NCBI GenBank assembly: GCA_964432155.1
Contig: CAYSMF010000003.1
Location: 34,108-98,107 of the forward strand
From: an uncultured Melioribacter sp.
Lineage (GTDB): Bacteria; Bacteroidota; Ignavibacteria; Kapaibacteriales; Kapaibacteriaceae
Direction of reading: 5' to 3'
DNA: 64,000 nucleotides
Shown: piece by piece, positions 26,773 through 35,952 of the stretch
Numbering within the stretch: the first letter of the stretch is position 1
Layout: each line of letters begins with the position of its first letter
Position numbers and translations under genes: made by a program
The notes under the pieces: model-generated
Told to the model about the DNA's origin: nothing
Seen by the model: the letters and a program-made list of their open reading frames with translations, nothing else
Databases searched by the model: none

Positions 26773-28007
26773 AGACTGCCTTTGTCAACATTGATTCGCT
26801 TGTAACCATCGACGCTCATGGTGCGCATGAGAAGATCGGCGCAGCGATGCGTGATGTGGGCGAGATTCGCAATGGCGCTATCGTGTTCGACGATGTGATT
26901 CGCTGGATCGGACCATCGAGCGAGGTTGATCACCACATCAATGCCGACACAGAAATTGTCGACTGTGCAGGGAAGACGGTGCTTCCGGGCTTCATCGATT
27001 CGCACACCCACATGGTGTTCGCCGGATCGCGCTCGCACGAATTCGCACGTCGTCTGGCCGGCGCTACGTATGCCGAAATCGCTGCTGAAGGTGGTGGTAT
27101 TCTCACGACCATGCGCGCCGTGCGTGAGGCCGATGTTGAGTCGCTTCTCGATGTAGGCGATGCGATATTGACCTCTGCATTGAATCACGGAACTACAACG
27201 GCAGAAATCAAGAGCGGCTATGGACTCGATACCGCGAGCGAGCTTCGATTGCTCGAAGCAATCGGCGAGCTACAACGCGGACACGAAGCACGCGTTCTGG
27301 GAACATTTCTCGGTGCACATGCTGTGCCCCCTGAATGGAAGCACGATCCTGAGGGATACGTCAATTGTGTGATTACCGAGATGCTTCCCCGTGTAGCGGA
27401 GCAGGGTGTCGCATCCTTCTGCGATGTGTTTGTCGACGCGGGATTCTTCACCGCCGAGCAAGGTGAGCGTATTCTCCGCGCTGGTATTGAACACGGCCTT
27501 CGTCCGAAGATTCACGCTGACGAAATCGCGCTCGTGGGAGCATCGCAGATGGCTGCACGTGTTGGTGCGATCAGCGCAGACCATCTCGAGCACAGCACAC
27601 TTGCTGAGATTACGGCACTGCGTGATGCGGGTGTTGTGTGCACGCTCTTACCCGGCACAGCCTACACGCTTGGCTTGCCATTCCCCGATGCGCGCACAAT
27701 GATCGACAACAACGCCATTGTCTGTCTGGCAACCGATTGTAATCCAGGCTCGTGCTTCTCGGAGAACATGCAAATGATGCTCTCCCTTGCGTGCATGAAC
27801 ATGAAGATGAGCATCGAAGAGGCACTGGTGGCTGCCACGCTGCATGGTGCGCGTGCGCTCAACCTTGCCGCCCACTTGGGGTCGCTTGAAGTTGGCAAGT
27901 GGTCCGACATCGTCGTCTACGACGTGCCATCGTACAAGGATCTCGTCTACCACTTCGGCGTCAATCACGTCTGGAGTGTCTGGGTTGGTGGCAACGAAGT
28001 AGTCTGA
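26769..28007 (+). CDS. hutI: Imidazolonepropionase
   Basis: GFIDSHTHMVFAGSRSHEF…GATYAEIAAEGGGILTT is characteristic of HutI in the amidohydrolase superfamily. Confidence 0.92.
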   Translation: MKTAFVNIDSLVTIDAHGAHEKIGAAMRDVGEIRNGAIVFDDVIRWIGPSSEVDHHINADTEIVDCAGKTVLPGFIDSHTHMVFAGSRSHEFARRLAGATYAEIAAEGGGILTTMRAVREADVESLLDVGDAILTSALNHGTTTAEIKSGYGLDTASELRLLEAIGELQRGHEARVLGTFLGAHAVPPEWKHDPEGYVNCVITEMLPRVAEQGVASFCDVFVDAGFFTAEQGERILRAGIEHGLRPKIHADEIALVGASQMAARVGAISADHLEHSTLAEITALRDAGVVCTLLPGTAYTLGLPFPDARTMIDNNAIVCLATDCNPGSCFSENMQMMLSLACMNMKMSIEEALVAATLHGARALNLAAHLGSLEVGKWSDIVVYDVPSYKDLVYHFGVNHVWSVWVGGNEVV

Positions 28008-28023
28008 TAGCGTTCTGCGGTGG

Positions 28024-28031
28024 TACTTTTG
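28024..28031 (+). promoter_or_regulatory. Candidate -7 box TACTTTTG, 3 nt upstream of the cysS ATG
   Basis: TACTTTTG-tac-ATG, in the 27-nt gap after the hutI stop. Confidence 0.55.
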
Positions 28032-28034
28032 TAC

Positions 28035-29495
28035 ATGATTCGTCTGTACAACACCCTCACCAAGTCTGTCGATCCGTTTGTGCCGTTGCGCGATGATGGC
28101 GTTCGCATGTATTCATGCGGACCAACCGTGTATGACGTTGCGCACATCGGCAACATGCGTGCATTCCTCTTCCCGGATGTGCTGCAGCGCATGCTCCGCG
28201 TGATAGGGGGCTACCCAGTCCACTGGGTGATGAACGTCACCGACATCGACGATAAGACGATTCGCGATAGCGCTGTTGGATCTCCACGTTGGCGACCAGA
28301 GATGGGCGAGCAAACTGCAGATCCACTCGAGAATCTCCGTCGCTTCACATCGTTCTTCACACAAGAGTTTCTCGCCGATCTCGGCACATTCGGAATTGAT
28401 GTTGCGCGCGTTGTGAACCCACGTGCAACCGATTACATCGCACAGATGCAACAGCTCACGCGCGACATTCTCGCCGCTGGCTATGCATACGTCAGCGATG
28501 GCTCGGTGTACTTCAACGTAGCAGCGTATTCTGCCAAGCATACCTACGGACGCTTGTTCACGATCGACACGCAAAACTTCCGCGAAGGCGTGCGCATCGA
28601 TGCCGATGAGTACGATCGCGAGTCGGTGAGTGACTTCGTGCTCTGGAAGGGGCAAAAAGACGGCGAGCCAGCGTGGGATTTCGAGATCGACGGACAGAAT
28701 GTTCCGGGTCGCCCGGGATGGCACATCGAATGCTCTGCGATGTCGCAGGAGATCCTTGGATTGCCGTTCGACATCCATACGGGCGGTGTCGACCTGCGCT
28801 TCCCGCATCACGAGGATGAGCTCGCACAGTGTACCGCAGGCTATCACGTGCACGACCAGGCTGCGTTCTGGATGCACAATGAATTCCTCGAAGTCGAAGG
28901 CAAGAAGATGTCGAAGTCGCTCGGCAACTTCTATACCATGCGCGACCTCGTCAACCGTGGTGTACAACCACTCGATGTGCGATTCGCGATGCTGCAGGCG
29001 CATTACCGTGCGGTGTTCAACTTTACGTTTGATGGCGTTGCCGCCGCGCGCACTGCACGCGCTAAGGTGCAAGACTACGTGTATGATATCGTGGAAGCAG
29101 CTGGTGATCACCACGCATCAGCGTCTGACGGCGTTGGACGTCAGTTGCTTGATGCCGTCGGACAAGCCCTTGCTGACGATGTACACACACCGCGTGCACT
29201 TGCTGCGCTCTTTGTGTTTATGAGCGATCATCCCGCGCGGAGTCTCGCAGCAGCCGATGCTGCATCGGTCCTCGATGCGCTGCGTGCGATCAACGACGTG
29301 CTTGCTGTTGTGACCATTGGTGCGCGACCAGCCGTCGAGATCCCAGCCGACATTCGTGAACTCGCAGAGCAACGGTGGTCGGCTCGCACAGCGAAGAATT
29401 GGGCAGAGAGCGATCGCTTGCGCGATGAGCTTGCTGCGCGTGGCTGGACGATGAAGGACGGCAAGGACGGATATACACTCGAGCCGGTTTCCTGA
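28035..29495 (+). CDS. cysS: Cysteine--tRNA ligase
   Basis: MIRLYNTLTKS…CGPTVYDVAHIGN (HIGH region) and KMSKSLGN (KMSKS). Start set to ATG 28035, 3 nt after a TACTTTTG box. Confidence 0.95.
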   Translation: MIRLYNTLTKSVDPFVPLRDDGVRMYSCGPTVYDVAHIGNMRAFLFPDVLQRMLRVIGGYPVHWVMNVTDIDDKTIRDSAVGSPRWRPEMGEQTADPLENLRRFTSFFTQEFLADLGTFGIDVARVVNPRATDYIAQMQQLTRDILAAGYAYVSDGSVYFNVAAYSAKHTYGRLFTIDTQNFREGVRIDADEYDRESVSDFVLWKGQKDGEPAWDFEIDGQNVPGRPGWHIECSAMSQEILGLPFDIHTGGVDLRFPHHEDELAQCTAGYHVHDQAAFWMHNEFLEVEGKKMSKSLGNFYTMRDLVNRGVQPLDVRFAMLQAHYRAVFNFTFDGVAAARTARAKVQDYVYDIVEAAGDHHASASDGVGRQLLDAVGQALADDVHTPRALAALFVFMSDHPARSLAAADAASVLDALRAINDVLAVVTIGARPAVEIPADIRELAEQRWSARTAKNWAESDRLRDELAARGWTMKDGKDGYTLEPVS

Positions 29496-30310
29496 TGTTG
29501 TCGCTGACCATCATCGGACGTGGTCGTGTTGGTGGTGCACTCGCGCAGCGCGCAACGGCGCAAGGACATCACGTGGTGGTCGTAGAGCGTGCATCGTTTG
29601 ACGCATGGTGTGCAAGCAGCGAGCCTATCGGAACTGTGCTTGTGGTTGCCACAAAAGATGATGTGCTGCCGAACGTTGTGGCAACAATCGCAAGTACGCG
29701 TGCTGATCAGCTGCGCGGCGTTGTAGCGATGCATGTCAACGGATCGCTCGGAACGGACGTTCTCGAACCGATGCGGCAGTGCGGCGCATTCTGTGCTGCG
29801 GCCCATCCCTTTCAGACATTTGGTTCATCAGATCCGACAGCGCTCGACGGGATTGGTTGGGGCGTAGAGGCCGACGACGACGCATGGAGTGTGGTACGAG
29901 AGCTTGTCGCATCGCTCGGCGGTGTGCCGTGGCGGTTCACGGAGATGTCGCACGATCGTAAACGTCGATATCATGCAGCTGCAGTAGCGGCGTCGAACTT
30001 CACCTATGCGGCGTATGAGTTAGCACGTCGGCTGGCATCTGCTGCGGACATCCCTGCGGATGTGTTCCTTGTGCCGATCATGCAACGGACATTGCAGAAT
30101 GCCGCGGATGCACTGCAGCAGAACGCGCCGTTCGCGATTACGGGTCCGATCATGCGCGGAGATGTTGACGCCGTGCGACGTCAGCTCGAGGCAATTCCTG
30201 AGGAAGATCGCGCGTTGTATTGCCATCTCTCACGAGCGCTGCTTGATGTGGTAGCAGGCCAGTGGAGCAACGAACAACGTCGTGCAATGGAGCACGTGCT
30301 CGGCGGTTAA
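29495..30310 (+). CDS. Rossmann-like plus DUF2520 domain protein (putative NAD(P) oxidoreductase)
   Basis: IIGRGRVGGAL dinucleotide fold and a C-terminal …HAAAVAASNF…ITGPIMRGD… pattern recalled from the DUF2520 family. TGATG overlap with the cysS stop. Confidence 0.65.
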   Translation: MLSLTIIGRGRVGGALAQRATAQGHHVVVVERASFDAWCASSEPIGTVLVVATKDDVLPNVVATIASTRADQLRGVVAMHVNGSLGTDVLEPMRQCGAFCAAAHPFQTFGSSDPTALDGIGWGVEADDDAWSVVRELVASLGGVPWRFTEMSHDRKRRYHAAAVAASNFTYAAYELARRLASAADIPADVFLVPIMQRTLQNAADALQQNAPFAITGPIMRGDVDAVRRQLEAIPEEDRALYCHLSRALLDVVAGQWSNEQRRAMEHVLGG

Positions 30311-30963
30311 CGTCCGACAGCCGTGCGCATCGCCGCGAGATTGTCACCAATCGAGCCAGAGAAGATGCCACTTCCTGATACGAGGATCGACGCGCCGGCA
30401 TCAGCAGCACGGCGTGCATTGTCGACCTTGATGCCACCATCGACTTCGATCTCGACTGCCGAGAAGCCCCTTGTATCAAGCCAAGTACGGAGCCGCTCGC
30501 AGCGTAGCAGGAACGATTCGATAAACTTCTGTCCGCCGTATCCCGGGTTCACACTCATGAGCAGAATGAAGTCGGCATCGCCTGCTACTTCGAACGCATA
30601 CTCAAGGGGCGTAGCAGGGTTGAGCACGAATCCCGCGCGCTTGCCCAGAGCCTTGATGCGATGCAGTGTGCGATGGGCGTGCGGTGTTGCTTCTGCATGC
30701 ACGCTGATCCAGTCGGCTCCTGCTTCGGCAAACTGTTCCACCTGATGATCAGGGTTGGTGACCATCAAGTGCACATCGACGGGGAGTGTGCTCGTGCGCT
30801 TGATCGCGCGGACAAAGTCTGGGCCGTACGTGATAGGGGGCACAAAGTGTCCGTCCATCACATCGTAATGCAGCAGATCTGCGCCGCCCTGTTCGCACGC
30901 GCGAATCGCATCGCCCATATGGAGCAGGTCGCTGGAGAGGAGAGAGGGGGCCAGTTGAATCAT
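30307..30963 (-). CDS. rpe: Ribulose-phosphate 3-epimerase
   Basis: MIQLAPSLLSSD…LHYDVMDGHFVPPITYG…DVHLMV…MSVNPGYGGQKF. Start re-set to ATG 30963. Confidence 0.95.
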   Translation of the reverse strand: MIQLAPSLLSSDLLHMGDAIRACEQGGADLLHYDVMDGHFVPPITYGPDFVRAIKRTSTLPVDVHLMVTNPDHQVEQFAEAGADWISVHAEATPHAHRTLHRIKALGKRAGFVLNPATPLEYAFEVAGDADFILLMSVNPGYGGQKFIESFLLRCERLRTWLDTRGFSAVEIEVDGGIKVDNARRAADAGASILVSGSGIFSGSIGDNLAAMRTAVGR

Positions 30964-30998
30964 GATGCACCGTGTGTGATCGAGAGCGTTGAGTACCG

Positions 30999-31559
30999 TC
31001 AGCGTCCGCCAAACGTGAGGCCAACAAGCACGCCATAGGGAGTGCGGCCTCCTTCGTTCGAATAGTGCGAACCAATAATCATACCATGTAGGTTCACCCA
31101 GCGCCCAACCTGCCATGTGCCAGCGATACCGGCAACGGAGGCAAGACCGAAGGTGAGTGTTGGATCAGAGAACACGTCGAATCCGTTGATGCCGCGCGTA
31201 GAGCCCATGCCCAGGCCAGTCTGCACAAACGCGAACGCTCCAAGGCGCTGATCTCCAGCGAACCACCATGTCGGACCCAGGGTAATGGCGAGCACGTCAC
31301 GTTCCCAGACACCCATGGCACGAAATCCAACGCCAACCCACCAACGACGGTCGTCGTCGGTAGCAAAGGACGACATCAGGTTGAAGCCGCCGTTGGGGAA
31401 ATCACGCTCTTGTGGCGTCCATGTGCGCATGATGGAAATCGTTGTGAACGAACTGGAGGGACCACCCGTGCCATCAAGTTCATCTTGAGCCTGCAGCGCC
31501 GGCCCGCAGAGTGCGACGGCCGTTACCAGGCAGAGGAAGGGACGAAGTATCAACATCAT
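30999..31559 (-). CDS. Small outer-membrane beta-barrel-like protein
   Basis: Signal peptide MMLILRPFLCLVTAVALCGPALQAQ and Gly/aromatic-rich alternating strands. A CATTTTTG box lies 4 nt upstream of the ATG. Confidence 0.5.
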   Translation of the reverse strand: MMLILRPFLCLVTAVALCGPALQAQDELDGTGGPSSSFTTISIMRTWTPQERDFPNGGFNLMSSFATDDDRRWWVGVGFRAMGVWERDVLAITLGPTWWFAGDQRLGAFAFVQTGLGMGSTRGINGFDVFSDPTLTFGLASVAGIAGTWQVGRWVNLHGMIIGSHYSNEGGRTPYGVLVGLTFGGR

Positions 31560-31563
31560 GCTG

Positions 31564-31571
31564 CAAAAATG
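31564..31571 (-). promoter_or_regulatory. Candidate -7 box variant CATTTTTG, 4 nt upstream of the small-OMP ATG
   Basis: The minus strand reads CATTTTTG-cagc-ATGATG. Confidence 0.35.
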
Positions 31572-31593
31572 CGTCATTCCGCCATGCGCTCGG

Positions 31594-31601
31594 TATTTTC
31601 G
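31594..31601 (+). promoter_or_regulatory. Candidate -7 box variant TATTTTCG, 8 nt upstream of the trpS ATG
   Basis: TATTTTCG-cagcacgt-ATG. Confidence 0.45.
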
Positions 31602-31609
31602 CAGCACGT

Positions 31610-32620
31610 ATGGAACCTACCGCACAACCTCGCAAGATTATCCTGTCGGGCATGCAGCCGACAAACAACCTCACGATCGGACAGTACTGTGGGGCGCTCC
31701 GCAATTGGGTGGAGTTGCAGCATCGGTACGACTCGTTATTCTGTGTTGTGGATCAGCATGCGATTACGGTGCGCCAAGAGCCTGCCAAGTTGCGCAAGCG
31801 CACGCTTGATGTAGCTGCGATGTACATGGCGGCGGGGATCGACCCAGACGCATCGACGCTATTTGTGCAGTCGTCGGTGCCCGAGCACACGCAGCTGGCG
31901 TGGGTATTGGAATGTCTTGCCGGCTTTGGCGAAGTGTCGCGCATGACGCAGTTCAAGGACAAGAGTGCGCAGCATGCGGATAATGTCAACGTTGGACTCT
32001 TCACGTACCCGGTGTTGATGGCGGCTGACATTCTGCTGTACAATGCAGACTTGGTACCAGTGGGTGAAGACCAACGGCAGCATCTCGAGCTGACGCGGAA
32101 TCTAGCCGAGCGGTTCAACTTCCATTATTCGCCGACGTTCACCGTGCCTGAGCCATATATCCCGAAGGTCGGTGCCAAGATCATGTCGCTCCAGGAGCCC
32201 GAGAAGAAGATGTCGAAGTCGGACGCGAATGAGAAGGCGACCATCTTCCTGACGGATTCTGACGCGGAGATTCGTGCGAAGATTAAGCGTGCAGTAACAG
32301 ACAGTGGTACCGACATCCGATTCGACGCTGAGCGCCGTCCGGGTGTTGCCAATCTGATGACGTTGTATCACATCACAACCGGTGCATCGATCGCGCAGAT
32401 CGAGCAAGAGTTTGTCGGCCTCGGATACGCAGAGTTTAAGGAAGCAGTTGGCGAGGCTATTGTTGCCTTCATCGCTCCCGTTCGCTCGCGGTACGAACAG
32501 ATCCGTGCCGATGAAGACACACTGAAGGCGACGCTTCGTCGTGGTGGCGAACACGCTCGCGATCGCGCGCGCAAGACGCTGCGTAAGGTGTACAAGAAAA
32601 CCGGATTCGTTGAATTGTAA
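31610..32620 (+). CDS. trpS: Tryptophan--tRNA ligase
   Basis: ILSGMQPTNNLTIGQY (HIGH-like region) and KMSKSD (KMSKS). About 336 aa from ATG 31610. Confidence 0.95.
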   Translation: MEPTAQPRKIILSGMQPTNNLTIGQYCGALRNWVELQHRYDSLFCVVDQHAITVRQEPAKLRKRTLDVAAMYMAAGIDPDASTLFVQSSVPEHTQLAWVLECLAGFGEVSRMTQFKDKSAQHADNVNVGLFTYPVLMAADILLYNADLVPVGEDQRQHLELTRNLAERFNFHYSPTFTVPEPYIPKVGAKIMSLQEPEKKMSKSDANEKATIFLTDSDAEIRAKIKRAVTDSGTDIRFDAERRPGVANLMTLYHITTGASIAQIEQEFVGLGYAEFKEAVGEAIVAFIAPVRSRYEQIRADEDTLKATLRRGGEHARDRARKTLRKVYKKTGFVEL

Positions 32621-32634
32621 GGAATCGAAACGCG

Positions 32635-32868
32635 ATGCCAACCTATGATTACGTGTGCACGACATGCGGTGCAACGTTCGAAGTGTTTCAAGCGATGAAG
32701 GATGCTCCGCTCACGACATGTCCGGCTGATGTCTGCACGCAGGCAGACCCTGGGCACGGCGTCGTGGAACGTCGCATTAGCGGCGGCGGTGGCGTGCTCT
32801 ACAAGGGTGGCGGCTTTTATCTGACCGATTACGTGAAGAAGTCGGGATCTGGTGGAGAGGGCGAATGA
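32635..32868 (+). CDS. FmdB-family zinc-ribbon protein
   Basis: MPTYDYVCTTCGATFEV…TCPADVC gives two CxxC-like pairs. 77 aa. Confidence 0.8.
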   Translation: MPTYDYVCTTCGATFEVFQAMKDAPLTTCPADVCTQADPGHGVVERRISGGGGVLYKGGGFYLTDYVKKSGSGGEGE

Positions 32869-35198
32869 CCCTTTCTCTGACACCGATGGGTGATGGTTCG
32901 TCGCCCGCTGGTGAACTCCTCAACGGACTCAACCCTTCACAAGCGGAAGCAGTACGCACAACAGAAGGTCCGGTGCTGATCATTGCGGGTGCTGGAAGTG
33001 GTAAGACGCGCGTGCTCACGTTCCGCATCGCCTATCTGCTTCGATCGGGCGTCAACCCCAACCACGTCCTTGCACTCACGTTTACGAACAAGGCCGCGCA
33101 GGAAATGAAGGAGCGCATCGCGCACCTCGTGGGCTCGGGCACTGCGCGCGGAATTTGGGCGGGCACATTCCACTCGATGTTTGCGCGTATTCTGCGTCAG
33201 TACGCAGATCGTATTGGATATACATCGTCGTTCACGATTTACGATACGGACGATCAGACAGCGGCAATCAAGGCAGTGATGAATCAGCTCGGCGTTTCGC
33301 AGCAAGTGCTGCCGCCAGCTGGCGTACGCTCGCGCATTTCTGGTGCGAAGAACTCGATGATCTCGTGGCAGGAATACACGCGTAACGCCGATTCGATTGC
33401 CGAGAAGCAGACAGGACAGATCTTCGAGGAGTACGAGAAGCGTCTGACGCAAGCCAATGCGATGGACTTCGACGACTTGCTGTTGAACACCATCAAGCTG
33501 CTCGAGCACCATCCGGACGTCCTTGAGCTTCTCCAGGATAGATTCCGCTACCTGATGGTGGACGAGTATCAGGACACCAACCGTGCGCAGTATCACGTGG
33601 TGCGCATGCTCGCGCAGAAGTATCGCAACATCTGTGTTGTGGGTGACGACGCGCAGAGTATCTATCGCTGGCGCGGAGCAGACATTCGCAACATCCTCGA
33701 CTTCGAGCGTGACTATCCAGAAGCAACGGTGGTGCGTCTCGAACAGAACTACCGCTCGACGAAGACGATCCTCGCCGCTGCCGATAGCGTGATTAAGCGC
33801 AACACGACGCAGCTCAAGAAGACGCTGTTTACTGACAACCCAGAGGGTGAGAAGATCACCGTGCTGGCGTGTCGTGACGACCGTGAAGAAGCCGACATGA
33901 TTGCGCGTGCCATTGCTGCGCGCGTTGCGAAGTATGGCTATTCGCACAAGGATGTAGCGATTCTGTATCGCACCAATGCGCAGTCGCAAGCTCTTGAAGA
34001 TGCGCTTCGTCGCTCCAACACGCCGTACCACATTGTGAGTGGCGTGAGCTTCTACAAGCGCAAAGAAGTCAAGGACACCCTGGCATACTTGCGTCTGCTT
34101 GTGAATCCGAACGACACCGAGAGTATTCTCCGCATTATCAACGAACCGACGCGTGGTATCGGCGCAACAACACTCGAGCGTGTGCAGGAATTTGCTCTGC
34201 GCACATCAACGCCGATCTTCGAGGTGTTGTCGTCGATTGAATCAGTGCCGATGATGCAAGCGCGCACCATCAAGGCGGTGCAGGACTTCGTAGGCATCAT
34301 CAAGCGCTATCAGGACATGCTCAACGAGCTTGCGCCGGCCTCGCTCGCACAAGCCTACATCGAAGCAACTGGATTGCCGCAGATGTATCGTGTACAGCAG
34401 TCGGAGGAAGCACTCGATCGCTGGAATAACATTGAGCGATTGCTCGACCATATTGCCGAGCAACAAGAGCTTGATGACCAGATGACGCTCGTGACGTACC
34501 TCGAGCAGATCTCCCTCCTGAGCGATGCAGACGATCCACAGCTTGGCTCTGAGCGTATTTCGATGATGACGATGCACGCGGCGAAGGGGCTTGAATTCCC
34601 ACTTGTTGTGATCGCCGGACTTGAGCAGGGGTTGTTCCCGCTCGCGAAGGCCGAGACCGACATGTCCGAGCAAGAAGAAGAGCGTCGGTTGTTGTATGTC
34701 GGCATCACACGTGCACGCGAGCAACTGATCTTGGCCTACGCTGAACGTCGATATCGCTTCGGCGAATTGGTCTTCTCGCGTCCGTCGATGTTCCTCGGCG
34801 AAATCGACAAGGACACGCTTGCACCATCGGCCAGAAGTATGGCCGGTTCGTCACCATCACAATCTCCGCAGCGAAGTGGTGGCGCTGGACAAGCCCCCTC
34901 GCAACAGCAACGGCACAACCCATATGCGCAGGAGTCTGGCTCGTCATCGTACTCGCAACTCCCAATGCCAAAGCGCTACACGAGTGCATCGCAACCAACG
35001 AAGCGTGGAGTGCAAGGGCCCGCACCAAGCGGTCCAACAACACTCAAGGTTGGACAGCGTGTTAAACATCCAATGTTTGGGACAGGTACCGTGAGCGCGG
35101 TGAGTGGCACAGGCCAATCGGAGAAGGCTACTGTGTTGTTCGATAACGGACAGCGCAAGCAGCTGATGGTAGCGTTCGCACGACTCGAACAACTGTAA
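32865..35198 (+). CDS. uvrD: ATP-dependent DNA helicase UvrD/PcrA family
   Basis: LNPSQAEAV, AGAGSGKTRVL (Walker A), VDEYQDTN and the remaining SF1 motifs. A low-complexity S/Q/P linker precedes a C-terminal Tudor-like module (KVGQRVKHPMFGTGTV). No nuclease domain. Confidence 0.93.
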   Translation: MTLSLTPMGDGSSPAGELLNGLNPSQAEAVRTTEGPVLIIAGAGSGKTRVLTFRIAYLLRSGVNPNHVLALTFTNKAAQEMKERIAHLVGSGTARGIWAGTFHSMFARILRQYADRIGYTSSFTIYDTDDQTAAIKAVMNQLGVSQQVLPPAGVRSRISGAKNSMISWQEYTRNADSIAEKQTGQIFEEYEKRLTQANAMDFDDLLLNTIKLLEHHPDVLELLQDRFRYLMVDEYQDTNRAQYHVVRMLAQKYRNICVVGDDAQSIYRWRGADIRNILDFERDYPEATVVRLEQNYRSTKTILAAADSVIKRNTTQLKKTLFTDNPEGEKITVLACRDDREEADMIARAIAARVAKYGYSHKDVAILYRTNAQSQALEDALRRSNTPYHIVSGVSFYKRKEVKDTLAYLRLLVNPNDTESILRIINEPTRGIGATTLERVQEFALRTSTPIFEVLSSIESVPMMQARTIKAVQDFVGIIKRYQDMLNELAPASLAQAYIEATGLPQMYRVQQSEEALDRWNNIERLLDHIAEQQELDDQMTLVTYLEQISLLSDADDPQLGSERISMMTMHAAKGLEFPLVVIAGLEQGLFPLAKAETDMSEQEEERRLLYVGITRAREQLILAYAERRYRFGELVFSRPSMFLGEIDKDTLAPSARSMAGSSPSQSPQRSGGAGQAPSQQQRHNPYAQESGSSSYSQLPMPKRYTSASQPTKRGVQGPAPSGPTTLKVGQRVKHPMFGTGTVSAVSGTGQSEKATVLFDNGQRKQLMVAFARLEQL

Positions 35199-35213
35199 AC
35201 TGCGTCGACACAT

Positions 35214-35255
35214 GCATGATGCTGTGACATCTATTGATGTCATGGATCTGCATGC
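35214..35255 (+). terminator. Composite hairpin downstream of uvrD (candidate terminator)
   Basis: Inner stem TGACATC-tatt-GATGTCA and outer stem GCATG/CATGC, followed by TTTGT. Confidence 0.4.
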
Positions 35256-35309
35256 TTTGTCAAAAGATGTGGTACGTGTATTTACTTAGGTAGAAGTTCC
35301 TATGTTTTC

Positions 35310-35330
35310 ATCGAGACATGATGTCTCGAT
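35310..35330. promoter_or_regulatory. Perfect 21-bp palindrome ATCGAGACAT-G-ATGTCTCGAT
   Basis: 10-bp perfect arms, 29 nt upstream of ATG 35359 and immediately after a TATGTTTT near-box (35301-35308). Confidence 0.4.
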
Positions 35331-35358
35331 TGTATACCTCATTATCGAAGGTGATTGT

Positions 35359-35952
35359 ATGAAGCACGTCGCTATGGTCTTCGCCGTTGTGGTCGCATGC
35401 GCGATCAGCACGCAGCAAGGGGTTGGACAAGTCGAGAGCAAGCAAGGCCTCATCAATGAGGAGCGTGGTTCGGTCTGGGCAACGCAGTCGCTCGCTGTTG
35501 AGCATGTACCGCTCAACACGGGTGCGAAGATTTCCGTGGTTGCAGATTATTCCATTCGCACATCTGCTGGTATGTGTGAAGTCTTCCTCGAGCGAGTGGT
35601 TGTTGAAGATCGATCACGTGTTCAGGGCGCAATCCTCGGTGAGTCGTTTTACAAGCATATCTATACGGCGATTGCGCGCCATCATGCGGGAACTGGGCTG
35701 TATCCGTACGTCGCGGAATTGACAGCGGCGGTGCCGAGCAAGCCGACGCACGTGTTCAAGCGTGGCATGATGATGTCGTGGATTACTCCGAAGGGAAGTC
35801 GCACGGTTTCGATTGAGCCACATCCAACGTCGGCACTGTGCGCTAGCTCGTATGCATTTCACGCCAACGACGCCGACGTGCACGCCACCAGCTTTGGCAC
35901 GGTCTACAACATCAAGCACACGCCAGAACCATCTGTGTCGGAGGTACGCTAA
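35359..35952 (+). CDS. Hypothetical secreted protein
   Basis: Signal peptide MKHVAMVFAVVVACAISTQQG and an AAGGTGA-like SD 5 nt upstream. No recognisable domain. The 3' end overlaps the convergent kinase gene by 41 nt. Confidence 0.5.
   Translation: MKHVAMVFAVVVACAISTQQGVGQVESKQGLINEERGSVWATQSLAVEHVPLNTGAKISVVADYSIRTSAGMCEVFLERVVVEDRSRVQGAILGESFYKHIYTAIARHHAGTGLYPYVAELTAAVPSKPTHVFKRGMMMSWITPKGSRTVSIEPHPTSALCASSYAFHANDADVHATSFGTVYNIKHTPEPSVSEVR

Noticed and set aside
32937-34031. 364-aa ORF antisense to uvrD. Similar long antisense ORFs occur at 46266-47276 (in the Lon-like gene), 28113-29114 (cysS), 55151-56281 (hmgA), 5050-5730 (lepA), 57041-57769 (rng) and 9003-9644 (proS).
   Set aside because: Each lies fully inside a gene with unmistakable conserved motifs on the other strand. 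Their translations are Arg/His/Cys-rich and low in complexity, as expected for stop-poor antisense frames of GC-biased genes. I did not recognise any domain signature in them.
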